From: Thermoproteota archaeon
GTDB lineage: Archaea > Thermoproteota > Thermoprotei > Thermofilales > B9-G17
NCBI GenBank assembly: GCA_029258885.1
Contig: JAPDJW010000002.1
Location: 416,001-480,000 of the forward strand
DNA length: 64,000 nucleotides
Direction: 5' to 3'
The notes below the pieces were generated by a model. That model did no database searches and was not told the origin of the DNA. It saw only the letters and a program-made list of their open reading frames with translations. The first letter of the stretch is position 1, and each line of letters starts with the position of its first letter. The position numbers were made by a program, and so were the translations under genes. Of this stretch, positions 29,622-39,361 are shown piece by piece.

Positions 29622-30404
29622 ATGATACTCGATGAATCCGTAGAAAGTATTCTTGGGGAGTTAAGCGAGAAGTTAAGAATTATAGATTTTTCCATATGCT
29701 TCCGCTATGCGTATGCAGTTGTTGAGGGGAAGTACGGGAGAGCTATGGGTGTAGCCTATATACCGTATGAAGATGCACACGGTTCTTCAGGGCTAAATGA
29801 GGTACCTAGACTTGAAAAACTCCGAGAATATGTAAGTTCACGGAATGTTCTAGAGAAGGTTGCTGGTGTAGCACTGCTGAACGCTGTATCACAGTATCTC
29901 CTATGGTATATTCATCAGGATAGATATTCTATTAACCAGGATATGGACGCCTTCTTCATCCTAGAGTCTGAGGAGCTCCAGAAGTTAAAGGTTGTTTTAA
30001 TCGGCTATATTGCCCCGCTAGAGGAAATGCTTAGAGATAAGGTTAGGGAGTTAGCTATTATAGAGCGTAGCCCCTTCACTCGAGGTAATGCCCTTCCGGA
30101 CATAGCTACGCCTAGAGTTCTCCCCAATGCCGACGTAGTCTTTATTACAGGCTCAGCTCTAATCAATGATACGATAGACTACGTACTTGCTCTCTCTCGT
30201 AAGGCAAAAATTAAGGTTCTGGTCGGTCCAACGGCACAGATCCTTCCCGACGTCGTCTTTAAAGCTGGTATAACACATGTCGCAAGCACCAGAGTAATAG
30301 ATATCGATAATGCATGTAAGATGTTGAAGCTTGGAGGAGGAACCAGGAGTCTAGTTAAATGTGGAGAAAAATACGTTATAAGCATGTTAAGAAATAGGCA
30401 ATAA
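29622..30404 (+). CDS. DUF364 (Rossmann-like) family protein
   Basis: GVALLNAVSQ, VVLIGYI, DVVFITGSALINDTI, VLVGPTA and GITHVA. Confidence 0.85.
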   Translation: MILDESVESILGELSEKLRIIDFSICFRYAYAVVEGKYGRAMGVAYIPYEDAHGSSGLNEVPRLEKLREYVSSRNVLEKVAGVALLNAVSQYLLWYIHQDRYSINQDMDAFFILESEELQKLKVVLIGYIAPLEEMLRDKVRELAIIERSPFTRGNALPDIATPRVLPNADVVFITGSALINDTIDYVLALSRKAKIKVLVGPTAQILPDVVFKAGITHVASTRVIDIDNACKMLKLGGGTRSLVKCGEKYVISMLRNRQ

Positions 30405-30405
30405 T

Positions 30406-31614
30406 TTATCTTAAAAATAGCTTGCCTAGTGTATAGTATATCCTAAGGCAGTTTATCAGGTTTTCAATCTTTACGTATTCGTTGGGGACATGTGCTACTT
30501 CTCCTGGTCCTATAATTAGAGCTGGCGCCTTAGTGTAGTAGCTAAGTATTTCCGCGTCAGTATATCCCATAGTATATATTCTATGCGGCTCCTTACCTAA
30601 AACCTCCTTAAAGGCTGTAATGGCTATATCATATAGCCTCCTGCCCCCATCTGTACTCAAATCGATCATGTAGGGAGGTCTATGCTTTGGAAAGATTTCG
30701 ACTTCAACCTTAACGCATTTTTCCTCTGTATCGTATTCATGTTTATGCTTATCGACCAAGCTTTCAGCTATACCCTTAATCTGGGCAATAGCTTCCTCGA
30801 CGTCCTCGCCGTACACAAGCCTCCTATCAACGTATACCTCACATCTATCAGGTACAACGTTTATTTTCCTTCCACCTTTTATCATGGTAACTGAGACAAC
30901 ACCTTTCCTAACCTTATTCACGGTCACTATGGGTAGAATTCTAGGCTTAATCGCAGAGTTAAGGTTACTTATAGCCTCTATAAAGTCAACAGCCCTATAG
31001 ATAGCGTTAACGCCCATTTCAGGCCTACTGCTATGATAAGCCTTACCATTAAAGATGATTTTAAACCTAACGCTACCCCCATGCCCAACCCTTAGGGCAA
31101 GTTCCCTCTTCTCAAATACCGAGCCCTCCCCAACAATAATGCCGTTGACATTCATTCTGCTTAAAACGCCCCTGGAGGCAACGTACTCCGAACCCCACTT
31201 CTCTCCACCCTCCTCCCCAACAACCGCTGTATACACGAGTGTACCCTTAAATCCCTTTTTCCTTAAAGCAAGGAAAGCTAACGTAAGGGCAGCTAAGCCT
31301 CCTTTCATATCGGAGGAACCCAGCCCATAAATCCTATCACCCACAAGCCACGGCTCAAAGGGATCCCTCTCCCATCCCTCAGAGGGAGGAACAGTATCCA
31401 TGTGGCCATTAAACACGAGAACGGGGCTTCCCTCCCCCTCAACTGCGACCACGTTGCCATACTCATCCAGTTCGACTGCGACGCCATTGTCCTCGAGAAA
31501 ATCCCTCAAGTACTTTGCAATTTCATCCTCGTGGCCAGTGAGGCTTGGTATCGAAATAAGGCTCCTAGTAAGCTCAACTACCCTTTCCTCATAATCGATA
31601 ATATCAGTATTCAT
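30406..31614 (-). CDS. M20 family metallo-amidohydrolase (ArgE/DapE/LysK-like)
   Basis: NGHMDTVP, GSSDMKGG, VGEE, VGEG, HSSRPE.GVNAI, N-VVPD.C and GPG..AH.PNEY. Confidence 0.9.
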   Translation of the reverse strand: MNTDIIDYEERVVELTRSLISIPSLTGHEDEIAKYLRDFLEDNGVAVELDEYGNVVAVEGEGSPVLVFNGHMDTVPPSEGWERDPFEPWLVGDRIYGLGSSDMKGGLAALTLAFLALRKKGFKGTLVYTAVVGEEGGEKWGSEYVASRGVLSRMNVNGIIVGEGSVFEKRELALRVGHGGSVRFKIIFNGKAYHSSRPEMGVNAIYRAVDFIEAISNLNSAIKPRILPIVTVNKVRKGVVSVTMIKGGRKINVVPDRCEVYVDRRLVYGEDVEEAIAQIKGIAESLVDKHKHEYDTEEKCVKVEVEIFPKHRPPYMIDLSTDGGRRLYDIAITAFKEVLGKEPHRIYTMGYTDAEILSYYTKAPALIIGPGEVAHVPNEYVKIENLINCLRIYYTLGKLFLR

Positions 31615-31654
31615 GGTCTAATTCAGGTGTCTTCAAAAATAAATAGCTTTAGAA

Positions 31655-32650
31655 CTATATATAGCCGTGAGCCTTATACCATTCAACAGTCTCCTTAAGC
31701 CCTGTCTTTAAATCGTATTTAGGTCTGTATCCAAGCTCCCTCTTAGCCTTCTCAATGCTATAAGCTCTATCAGAGGTTACGGCATCTACCGTGCTTACGT
31801 GCCACATAAAGTTCTCCCTACCCGTAATCTTGTTTACCAATTCAACGGGAGCTATCAAAATTTTAGCTAGTATGGGCGGTATATGATGTTTAGGAGGCGC
31901 TTTACCGAGAATTTCAGCTAGGATGTTAAATACTTCAATGTAGGTATAGGCTCTATCCTCGCTGATAATGTAGGTTTCGCCCACCGATACATCGCTTTTT
32001 TCAAGAACCAGCCTAAAGCCCTGACATACATCCTTAACGTAGACAAACTGTACAAGATTCCTACCTGAGCCCACTATAAACCTCGTCGCAAGAGAGTTTC
32101 TCGCAAGGGATGTAATAAAGTAGTATGATACATCGTTTACATTTCTAGGCCCATATACGCCAGATGGCCTAACAATAGTTGCCTTAAGCCCCTTCTTCAT
32201 GTATTCCTTAACCACGTTTTCCGCCGCCAGCTTTGATCGACCATACTCGTAAACTGGGTTTGGAGGAGTATTTTCATCAGCTGGCGGATTCTTCACTGGA
32301 CCTATGGCTTCAGTAGTACTACAATAAATAAACCTATCAACACCATTCTTTAAAGCCGCTTCAATAAGCCATCTAGTTCCCTCAACATTAACCTTCCAGT
32401 ACAGCTTCTTCTTACCGTGAAACGTATAGTATGCAGCAAGATGTATTATAGCATCAACTCCCCTAGTAACGTTAACGAGTGAGGGTGGATCTGTTAAATC
32501 ACCGTATCTAAGTTCAACTCCAAGTTCCTTAAGCAGATCTATCTTACTCGTCTTCCTAACCATGCCAATAACCGTATAGCCCTTAGATAGGAGGTTTTCA
32601 ACCAAGTGTCCGCCTATAAAGCCGGAGGCGCCTGTAACAAGCACTTTCAA
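31655..32650 (-). CDS. Extended SDR (NAD-dependent epimerase/dehydratase, 3-beta-HSD-like)
   Basis: VTGASGFIG, HLAA, NVEGT, YCSTT, YGRSK and RPSGVYGP. Confidence 0.9.
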   Translation of the reverse strand: MKVLVTGASGFIGGHLVENLLSKGYTVIGMVRKTSKIDLLKELGVELRYGDLTDPPSLVNVTRGVDAIIHLAAYYTFHGKKKLYWKVNVEGTRWLIEAALKNGVDRFIYCSTTEAIGPVKNPPADENTPPNPVYEYGRSKLAAENVVKEYMKKGLKATIVRPSGVYGPRNVNDVSYYFITSLARNSLATRFIVGSGRNLVQFVYVKDVCQGFRLVLEKSDVSVGETYIISEDRAYTYIEVFNILAEILGKAPPKHHIPPILAKILIAPVELVNKITGRENFMWHVSTVDAVTSDRAYSIEKAKRELGYRPKYDLKTGLKETVEWYKAHGYI

Positions 32651-34107
32651 ATAACACCCACCTCCCTACGCCTAAGGTAAATTGAATATGTAAGCTCTCT
32701 AGCTAGGTACATTCCATCAAACGGTTCAATGGCACTACGCATATACATATCTCTAAGCGGAACTATCCTATATACACGTAGCTTACATAGATTGGAGATA
32801 AAGGCTTCAGCATCTTTCTCTGGGAGAGCATACCCTACAGTCTGGACTCCATCAACCTCCTTGAATGTTTCCCTATGCGGAATGTTCTCTATTAACTTGA
32901 TGGCTTGATCAACCGTGTTCACACTAACAATTTCGATAAACCTCTTCCTAACGTGCAACTGATACTCAGGGAAGAACTCAATGACCTTATCTAAGACGGG
33001 CTTATCCTTAGAGACGACTATAGTCCAGGAAATATCTCCATTGTCGGGCGTAAACACTTCACACTCCTCAAACGTTAAAGCTCTCCTAACACTATGGACT
33101 AAATATCTCTCACTATCGTCGAGCTTCAGCGGAAATTTCTCAGAGTAGCCGTTAAGCCTCAAGCCTACCTTCGACGCAAATTCGATTAATTCCTCGTAGC
33201 TACCTATAAAGGTTGCTTCTGTAGGGGAGCTACACAGTTGTTGGTCGTATAGAACTATGTTTAAAGCAAGATCGTCAGCCGCCTTATCGAGATCCACGCC
33301 ACTACCTACAACAGCATATCCAGTTAAGGGACCGTTAACCATAAACTTAGGCTTGTGGGGATTACGTGCCACTTTCTCAGCTATGATAGTCCTAGCGGGC
33401 TCGCCTCCCCAAAAGTTCACGAGGTCAACCGGGGCCTTCTCCAGGAGATACCTTAAGGCTTCACTGTTGTGTCTCATATATGCGATTAGAATAGCATTTG
33501 ATAGAACCTCGGCTTCAGGATATTCGTCTGCTAGATCTAGAAGTAGCCTATAGACCTCAATAACGCCTAAGTGATTGGCTATTGAAGGCTTAAGTACAGT
33601 TACGTTACCCATTGCAAGAGATATGCACGTTGGAATTAGCGGCGGGATAAAGGAATTGCCAGCACCTATGATAAACACTGTGCCTATGGGGACGTGCCTG
33701 ACGTATTCGCCTGGTCTGAACTCTATGAAGCTGTCGATAGCCTTAACTCCACCGGGAAGTCCTACCTCAATGTTAGACAGTATATTATCATTATTAAATA
33801 ATATAGAAACAAATTTGAATTCTAAGTCTATGAGTTTCTCGCTATACCCAGTTTTCTCGGAAAGTTTTCTTTTGATGTTATTCAGCTCGCCCCTACGAAC
33901 CTTTTCATGCCATTTCTTGCCTATTAAACCGAGAATTTCCAGCCTCCTTAAGATGGGTATCTCCATCAGCTGTTTTCTAATAGCATGCGCCTTCTCTAGG
34001 ATTCCTTTAAGCGATTTAACTGTAGGCTCTACCACTGTTAAGTTGCCTAAGTTAAACGTCTCCTTTTCGATGGCCGTTTCCCTTCCGTGGAGAATCTCCA
34101 GCTGCAC
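32647..34107 (-). CDS. luxC: LuxC-like acyl-CoA/acyl-protein reductase
   Basis: PIGTVFIIGAGN, VLKPS, FWGG and YDQQLCSSP. The last matches the LuxC active-site D-Q-x-x-C-x-S motif in an aldehyde-dehydrogenase-like fold. Confidence 0.8.
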   Translation of the reverse strand: MQLEILHGRETAIEKETFNLGNLTVVEPTVKSLKGILEKAHAIRKQLMEIPILRRLEILGLIGKKWHEKVRRGELNNIKRKLSEKTGYSEKLIDLEFKFVSILFNNDNILSNIEVGLPGGVKAIDSFIEFRPGEYVRHVPIGTVFIIGAGNSFIPPLIPTCISLAMGNVTVLKPSIANHLGVIEVYRLLLDLADEYPEAEVLSNAILIAYMRHNSEALRYLLEKAPVDLVNFWGGEPARTIIAEKVARNPHKPKFMVNGPLTGYAVVGSGVDLDKAADDLALNIVLYDQQLCSSPTEATFIGSYEELIEFASKVGLRLNGYSEKFPLKLDDSERYLVHSVRRALTFEECEVFTPDNGDISWTIVVSKDKPVLDKVIEFFPEYQLHVRKRFIEIVSVNTVDQAIKLIENIPHRETFKEVDGVQTVGYALPEKDAEAFISNLCKLRVYRIVPLRDMYMRSAIEPFDGMYLARELTYSIYLRRREVGVI

Positions 34108-34110
34108 TTA

Positions 34111-35385
34111 CTACTCCACCTTCCTTCCCTCAGTCATAAGCTCCTCGAGAGTTCCTCCACAGGCCCTCTGTAGATCCCACCCTTCCTCCTTTGTCAATCG
34201 TCTAACGTAGACGTACTCCTTCCCATAGTATCTATCGGAGGGATGAGATCTAAGTATATCGCCCGGATAAAATACTTCAAGCCATGATGTCGTAAATGGA
34301 TTAAACATTCCAAGTATACCCTCACCATCTTCATGCATCATTTTAAACGTCTTCGGCTCCAGCAGAAATACGTGAGTAAGAGGATGAGGCATCAGATCCA
34401 TGACGCCAAACCTACTAATGAGGGCAGCTAACGTTTCAGTCATACCTAAAACATCCATAAATGGTACATCAATCTTTTCTCCTTTCTCGTTACGTGCATA
34501 GAAGTGTCTTCTAGCAAGCTCCACGATCTTATCATAGGGCGGTAGATCGGTAAAGCCCTTAGTACCACCTCCAGTTACTATAACTCCTCCCCTACCTAAA
34601 TCGACGGGCGGCGCTCCGGTTAAAATCCTCGTAAATATCCTCTTGATAAATCCAAGTTCACCGAACTTCTTAGAAAGCAGGTACACGCCAGCTGGCGCAG
34701 TAAAGAACAGCTTAGGCTCCTCCTTACTCTTCAGGAACTTAACCAGGTTATCCTTATTTGGAACGAGCCTCTGCCAAGGAGTCCCTTCCTTAACACCCGT
34801 TAAAAGTCTCATACCATAAAGCAATTCAATGCCCTTAGCCTCTAGAGCATAGTGTACGAACGCGACGAAATTCAGTCGCTCCTTAAGCTCAGGAGCCGCC
34901 ATAAACAACGCTATACCCTTATTCTCCTCGAGTTCCCCACCATACACATACTCGAACAACGCCGTATTTACGGTTATCATGATGGCTAAATCGAGGGGAC
35001 TCCTATAGACTTTAACGGGATTCCTACCCGTAGTACCGCTCGACATAAAGTATTTGCCACCGAGCTCAACATCCCTTATCAGGAACCTCTTGTGTCCCTC
35101 ACCCCTAATAAGCTCAGAAGGCACAGCAAGCTTTTCGAGATCCTCAAGCTCAGCATTCCTCGGATTAATATCCAGCTTCTCAAAAAGCCTAGCATAGTAG
35201 TCACTGTGTCTCCTGAAGTAATCTAAGGCCTCCCTTAAAAGACTTCTCCTTAAACTAAGCAAGTAATCAGGCGATTTTTCAAACAAGCTTCTATCGTGAA
35301 CTAGCTCCCATATCTTCTTAACGTAGGGATCCTCCCTCAGAAGCCTGCTTTGAGACGCCTTCTCAAGTATCTCGGATACTTTCAT
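34111..35385 (-). CDS. luxE: LuxE-like acyl-protein synthetase (adenylate-forming)
   Basis: FMSSGTTG P-loop; TGGGTKG (compare LuxE GGGWKG); DVLGMTE; GD motif; C-terminal QRACG (compare LuxE RGC with the acyl-accepting Cys). Confidence 0.8.
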   Translation of the reverse strand: MKVSEILEKASQSRLLREDPYVKKIWELVHDRSLFEKSPDYLLSLRRSLLREALDYFRRHSDYYARLFEKLDINPRNAELEDLEKLAVPSELIRGEGHKRFLIRDVELGGKYFMSSGTTGRNPVKVYRSPLDLAIMITVNTALFEYVYGGELEENKGIALFMAAPELKERLNFVAFVHYALEAKGIELLYGMRLLTGVKEGTPWQRLVPNKDNLVKFLKSKEEPKLFFTAPAGVYLLSKKFGELGFIKRIFTRILTGAPPVDLGRGGVIVTGGGTKGFTDLPPYDKIVELARRHFYARNEKGEKIDVPFMDVLGMTETLAALISRFGVMDLMPHPLTHVFLLEPKTFKMMHEDGEGILGMFNPFTTSWLEVFYPGDILRSHPSDRYYGKEYVYVRRLTKEEGWDLQRACGGTLEELMTEGRKVE

Positions 35386-35593
35386 TAAGACACCTCAAAC
35401 CAATATCTAAACCATCAGAAATAAATACTTTGACGTAAACCCTGTCAACAGATAACGAAGAACATTCATCAACCCGAAAAGGGTGTAATTACGGGGTATA
35501 GGGTGTTTATGCAAGCTAGCTAGTTTCCGTAATTATAGTGGGTACTAAGATAAGGTTTTAAGCTAGCGTATGCTATTATCTAAATAGCTAGGT

Positions 35594-35806
35594 ATGTATA
35601 AGTATATCGAAGTTAAACCCGACGTATGCGGAGGAAAGCCCGTTATCAAGGGTACGCGTGTCATCATTGAGATTATTTTAGAGTCGCTTGCTAATGGATG
35701 GAGCGTAAAGGAAACAGCAAAGGAATTTAAAATACCAGTAGAGGCGGTCCTGGAAGCATTGAAGTATGCCCATAACATAGTATCTAAAATAAGTGGCTAT
35801 GTATGA
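35594..35806 (+). CDS. DUF433 family antitoxin
   Basis: PDVCGGKPVIKGTRV...ILESLANGWSV.E motif. Confidence 0.9.
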   Translation: MYKYIEVKPDVCGGKPVIKGTRVIIEIILESLANGWSVKETAKEFKIPVEAVLEALKYAHNIVSKISGYV

Positions 35807-36128
35807 TACTTGCCGATGAAAGCATACATTATTCGCTAATAAAGGAGCTGAGAAGACTAGGCGTCATTGACACAGAGCTTAGAGGAATTTTCGATATAGA
35901 ACTAATTGAACTGGCCAATAAGAGAAACATGATCATATTGACTGAGAGCAGGGATTTTCTAAAAAACTATTAGGAGGAAGGTAAGGACAGGTTTAATGTA
36001 TGTATATTACTATAACTAAAGACAACTGTAGGGAGATAGCTGATCTCATCAGCCGTCATCTAAATAGGGCCAGAAATAACCTTATGATAGTTTACCGGGA
36101 TTATGTAGAGATAATAAGCCTGAAGTAA
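35803..36128 (+). pseudogene. DUF5615 PIN-like toxin, disrupted
   Basis: Not in the ORF track. ATGA overlap with DUF433. MILADESI...DIELIELA...IILTESRDF stops after 56 aa; the C-terminal part continues in other frames. Confidence 0.7.
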
Positions 36129-36200
36129 CATTTTCTTAGCTTATGACAGACCACCTACTATATCATTAAACATTTATAGAAACAGTCTTTAAGGTTTCAT

Positions 36201-37451
36201 ATGGCCAGGCTGAATGTTGCTAATATAGTGAATATTCAGAGGGCGCTGTGTTTTCCTAGGCTTGCTGGAACGGATGGTGAGGAGAAGGCTAGGAAGATAA
36301 TATTGGATGAGCTTGAAAGCTATGGGTATGATCCTAAGCTGCACGAGTTTCAGGTTAAGACCTTTAAAATAAAGGAGGCGGAGCTTAGAATTCTGGAGCC
36401 GTGGAGCGATGAAATACCCTGTCGAGGAGTCGGCTTATCGGGTTCAACACCCCCAGAGGGCGTGGAGGCCCCGCTCGCCTATGCTGAGGAGGGGGATCCA
36501 GCTCTAATACCTGGAGAGGGCTACATCCTCCTCCTTACTAGTAGGCCTCGGTATCCAAAGTATAAGAGCTTAATGAAATGGAAGCCTAAAGGCTTCGTAA
36601 TCTCCGAGCCAAACCCGTATAGGAAGATCTCTCATCTAGATATGATCCATGAGTGGAGGAAATATGGAACTGTGCCTATGGTCTATATCTCGTTTGCTGA
36701 TGCATATAAGCTAGTTGTCCACGGCGCCAGGAGGGCTTATTTAAAGCTCATTCAGGACGAGTGGGATGCAAAGTCCTACAATATAGTTGTTGAGAAGAAG
36801 GGAATTAAGTATCCCGATGAAGTAGTAATCATCTGCGCGCACTATGACTCGGTATACGACGTACCTGGGGCAACGGATAACGCTGGAGGAACAGCCTTGC
36901 TTCTGGAGCTGGCGAGATACTACTCTACAGTTAACGTTAAGAGAACTATTAGGTTTATATGGTTCTCCGGGGAGGAGCTTGGATTAAGGGGTTCAAGAGC
37001 TTACGCGGATGGGCTAAGGAAGGAGGAACTTGAGCAGATAAAGTTCGTAGTAAACCTGGATGTTCATGGAGCTGTTATAGGTTCTAATAGCGCAACATTG
37101 ACAGGTCCGAAGAATGTTAAGGAATACTTGGAGGTAGTGTCGAAGAAGATGGGTATAAACCTTAAAGTCGGTGAGGGAGTGTATTCATCCGACGGAACAT
37201 CATTCTCTAAACACGGAATCCCCTCCATAAGCTTCTATAGGTCAAGCGGCTTCGGGATAACCATGCATACGATAGACGACGACGACCGGTATATAGGCGA
37301 GCAGGCATATGCGGGCTTAGGCGATATACTTGTCGACTTTATAGATACTCTCGTAAACTCAGAGGAACTGCCGTTCCCTAGGGAAATACCGGAGGATATT
37401 AAGAAGAAAGTTGAGGATTACTTTAAGAATAGGTTAGGAGTAGAAGAGTAG
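36201..37451 (+). CDS. M28 aminopeptidase with PA-like insert
   Basis: RLAGTDGE, CAHYDS, GATDNAGG, GEELGL, NLDV and HTIDD. Confidence 0.9.
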   Translation: MARLNVANIVNIQRALCFPRLAGTDGEEKARKIILDELESYGYDPKLHEFQVKTFKIKEAELRILEPWSDEIPCRGVGLSGSTPPEGVEAPLAYAEEGDPALIPGEGYILLLTSRPRYPKYKSLMKWKPKGFVISEPNPYRKISHLDMIHEWRKYGTVPMVYISFADAYKLVVHGARRAYLKLIQDEWDAKSYNIVVEKKGIKYPDEVVIICAHYDSVYDVPGATDNAGGTALLLELARYYSTVNVKRTIRFIWFSGEELGLRGSRAYADGLRKEELEQIKFVVNLDVHGAVIGSNSATLTGPKNVKEYLEVVSKKMGINLKVGEGVYSSDGTSFSKHGIPSISFYRSSGFGITMHTIDDDDRYIGEQAYAGLGDILVDFIDTLVNSEELPFPREIPEDIKKKVEDYFKNRLGVEE

Positions 37452-37964
37452 CTATTGATACATCCTAACTCTATCGGAATATTTTTTATGTATAAGCTTC
37501 TCAAGCTCTATCCTAAGCTTTCTATCCAACTCCCTCTGCGAGGAGGAGAGCCCTTCAAGAGGCTTCGCTAATCCGAGTAGCGGTCCTTTAATCAACACGT
37601 AGTTATCCCTTAACTCAGGCTCAGCAACAGGCCTAGTTTTAGCCAATATATCAAGAAGTTTAACAGGGTTCTCCTTCAGAGTTTTCTTCAAAATCTCGCT
37701 CGGCAACTCTCTTATTCCGAAAGTAAAGGGTATTGAATCAAGGAAGCTTCTAAGATCACCCGTAACGCTTAGTTCGGCGCCGAGGCCTACGAGCCTATAC
37801 GGGTTAAGAGGCCAAGCCTTTATCTTCCATCCCCGAGAGGAGTGGGAGATCAGGAAATCCAGGTATCCGTACCTATCACGGCTAGCTAAAAACCTCCAGT
37901 TGAGAGGATTTTTCCTATACTTGTTTACAACTATCCTGAGTATTTCATCGATATTTCTAATCAT
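37452..37964 (-). CDS. Conserved hypothetical protein
   Basis: 170 aa ORF with protein-like composition that fills the gap between convergent genes; no family recognised. Confidence 0.65.
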   Translation of the reverse strand: MIRNIDEILRIVVNKYRKNPLNWRFLASRDRYGYLDFLISHSSRGWKIKAWPLNPYRLVGLGAELSVTGDLRSFLDSIPFTFGIRELPSEILKKTLKENPVKLLDILAKTRPVAEPELRDNYVLIKGPLLGLAKPLEGLSSSQRELDRKLRIELEKLIHKKYSDRVRMYQ

Positions 37965-38105
37965 TTCACACTTTAAAATAGCATAACCATATATAATAAT
38001 AGCGCATTACAGCACCCTGCTTCAATCTATATCGGAGGAATACCTGAATAATACATCACAGCATCTAATGGAGTACATATTACCGCATGCTTTAACCGGT
38101 TTATT

Positions 38106-38846
38106 GTGGGATTCTTGAAGCCAATATACGTATATGCTAAGACGCTGCCCGAGGCTTGGGAGATAAGCATATATAAGCTATGGAAGGAGGGCATAACAAT
38201 AGACACTGAATACGGCGAGAATAGCAGGGATTGTCCAGCAGTAATATACGTAGAGGATCCCTTCGCTGAGCCGAGAATACACCTTAAAGGACTTACCGGC
38301 GGCTTTAAATCCCTTAGAGAATATCTAAGCGAAGTTATAGATGGAGTTAACGATCACCTAGTTGAGGCTGGCAAGGTTGACTACACGTATCACGAGAGGA
38401 TATTCAAGTATCCAGGGCTGAGATTCAACGCTGATATGGAGCGAATAAACCAGATAGAGTATGTAGTTAGGAAGCTATCCAATGCTCCATACAGTAGGAG
38501 AGCACAGGCAATAACTTGGGTCCCCCATCTTGATACTAGAAGTGAATATCCCCCATGTCTGCAGAGGCTATGGTTCAGGATCGTCAACGGCAAGTTAGTA
38601 CTACACATACATATAAGAAGCAATGATGCATTTAAAGCGGCTTTTATGAACATGTATGCCTTTACAGAGCTTCAGAGAACAGTAGCTAAAAGGTTAGGTG
38701 TAGATACCGGATACTATCTACATGTAGCCGATTCATGTCATATATATGAGAGGGACTGGAAGTGGGCTGAAAAATTCATTAAGCAAATAGAGAATGGGGT
38801 ATCTAAGAGGTATTATATGAGATCTGATATATTAGGTATAGGTTAG
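38106..38846 (+). CDS. thyA: Archaeal-type thymidylate synthase (ThyA fold)
   Basis: YTYHER, NQIEYV..KL...YSRRAQA, PPCL (catalytic Cys), RSND, N and S.HIY. Confidence 0.85.
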   Translation: MGFLKPIYVYAKTLPEAWEISIYKLWKEGITIDTEYGENSRDCPAVIYVEDPFAEPRIHLKGLTGGFKSLREYLSEVIDGVNDHLVEAGKVDYTYHERIFKYPGLRFNADMERINQIEYVVRKLSNAPYSRRAQAITWVPHLDTRSEYPPCLQRLWFRIVNGKLVLHIHIRSNDAFKAAFMNMYAFTELQRTVAKRLGVDTGYYLHVADSCHIYERDWKWAEKFIKQIENGVSKRYYMRSDILGIG

Positions 38847-38907
38847 TAGCCGTAGGTTCTAAACTGAAACCATAAGCTTTATTTCATCCTCATTTAAGAT
38901 ACAATCG

Positions 38908-39327
38908 ATGAGCTCAGAGGACGAGCTTGAGATAATTAGGAGAAAGAAGATGCTTGAGCTAATGAAGAGGGGTGTCGTAGATAGAAGGAAGACTGTTATG
39001 CCAAGCGGTGTCGTGCAGCTAACTGAAGCTAATTTCGATGAGTATCTAGGAAAATATCCCCTGGTTATAGTCGATTTCTGGGCGGAATGGTGTATGCCGT
39101 GTAAAGTCTATGCACCTCTTTTTGAGGAGCTTGCAAAAAGGTACTCGGGGAGAGCGGTATTCGCTAAGGTAAACGTAGATGAAAACCCCAGTATTGCAAG
39201 AAGGTATTCGATTATGAGTATACCTACGACAATAGTATTCTATAAAGGTAGAGAATATGAAAGGCTTATTGGATTAAGCCCAATGAATATGATGAGGCTA
39301 AGAAACATAATAGAGAATCTCTCCTAA
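38908..39327 (+). CDS. trxA: Thioredoxin
   Basis: VDFWAEWCMPC, KVNVDE and IMSIPT; N-terminal DELE.IR.KK helix. Confidence 0.9.
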   Translation: MSSEDELEIIRRKKMLELMKRGVVDRRKTVMPSGVVQLTEANFDEYLGKYPLVIVDFWAEWCMPCKVYAPLFEELAKRYSGRAVFAKVNVDENPSIARRYSIMSIPTTIVFYKGREYERLIGLSPMNMMRLRNIIENLS

Positions 39328-39361
39328 ATATACAATTCTATGTTGCTACTCCGTATTCACT

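Noticed and set aside
32647-35385. Bioluminescence operon
   Set aside because: No luxA, luxB, luxD or luxG homologue is present in the window. LuxCE alone makes aldehyde, not light.
35410-35480. Possible minus-strand C/D sRNA (TTGATGA...) upstream of luxE
   Set aside because: No correctly spaced D'/C'/D boxes; the region is better explained as the luxE promoter.
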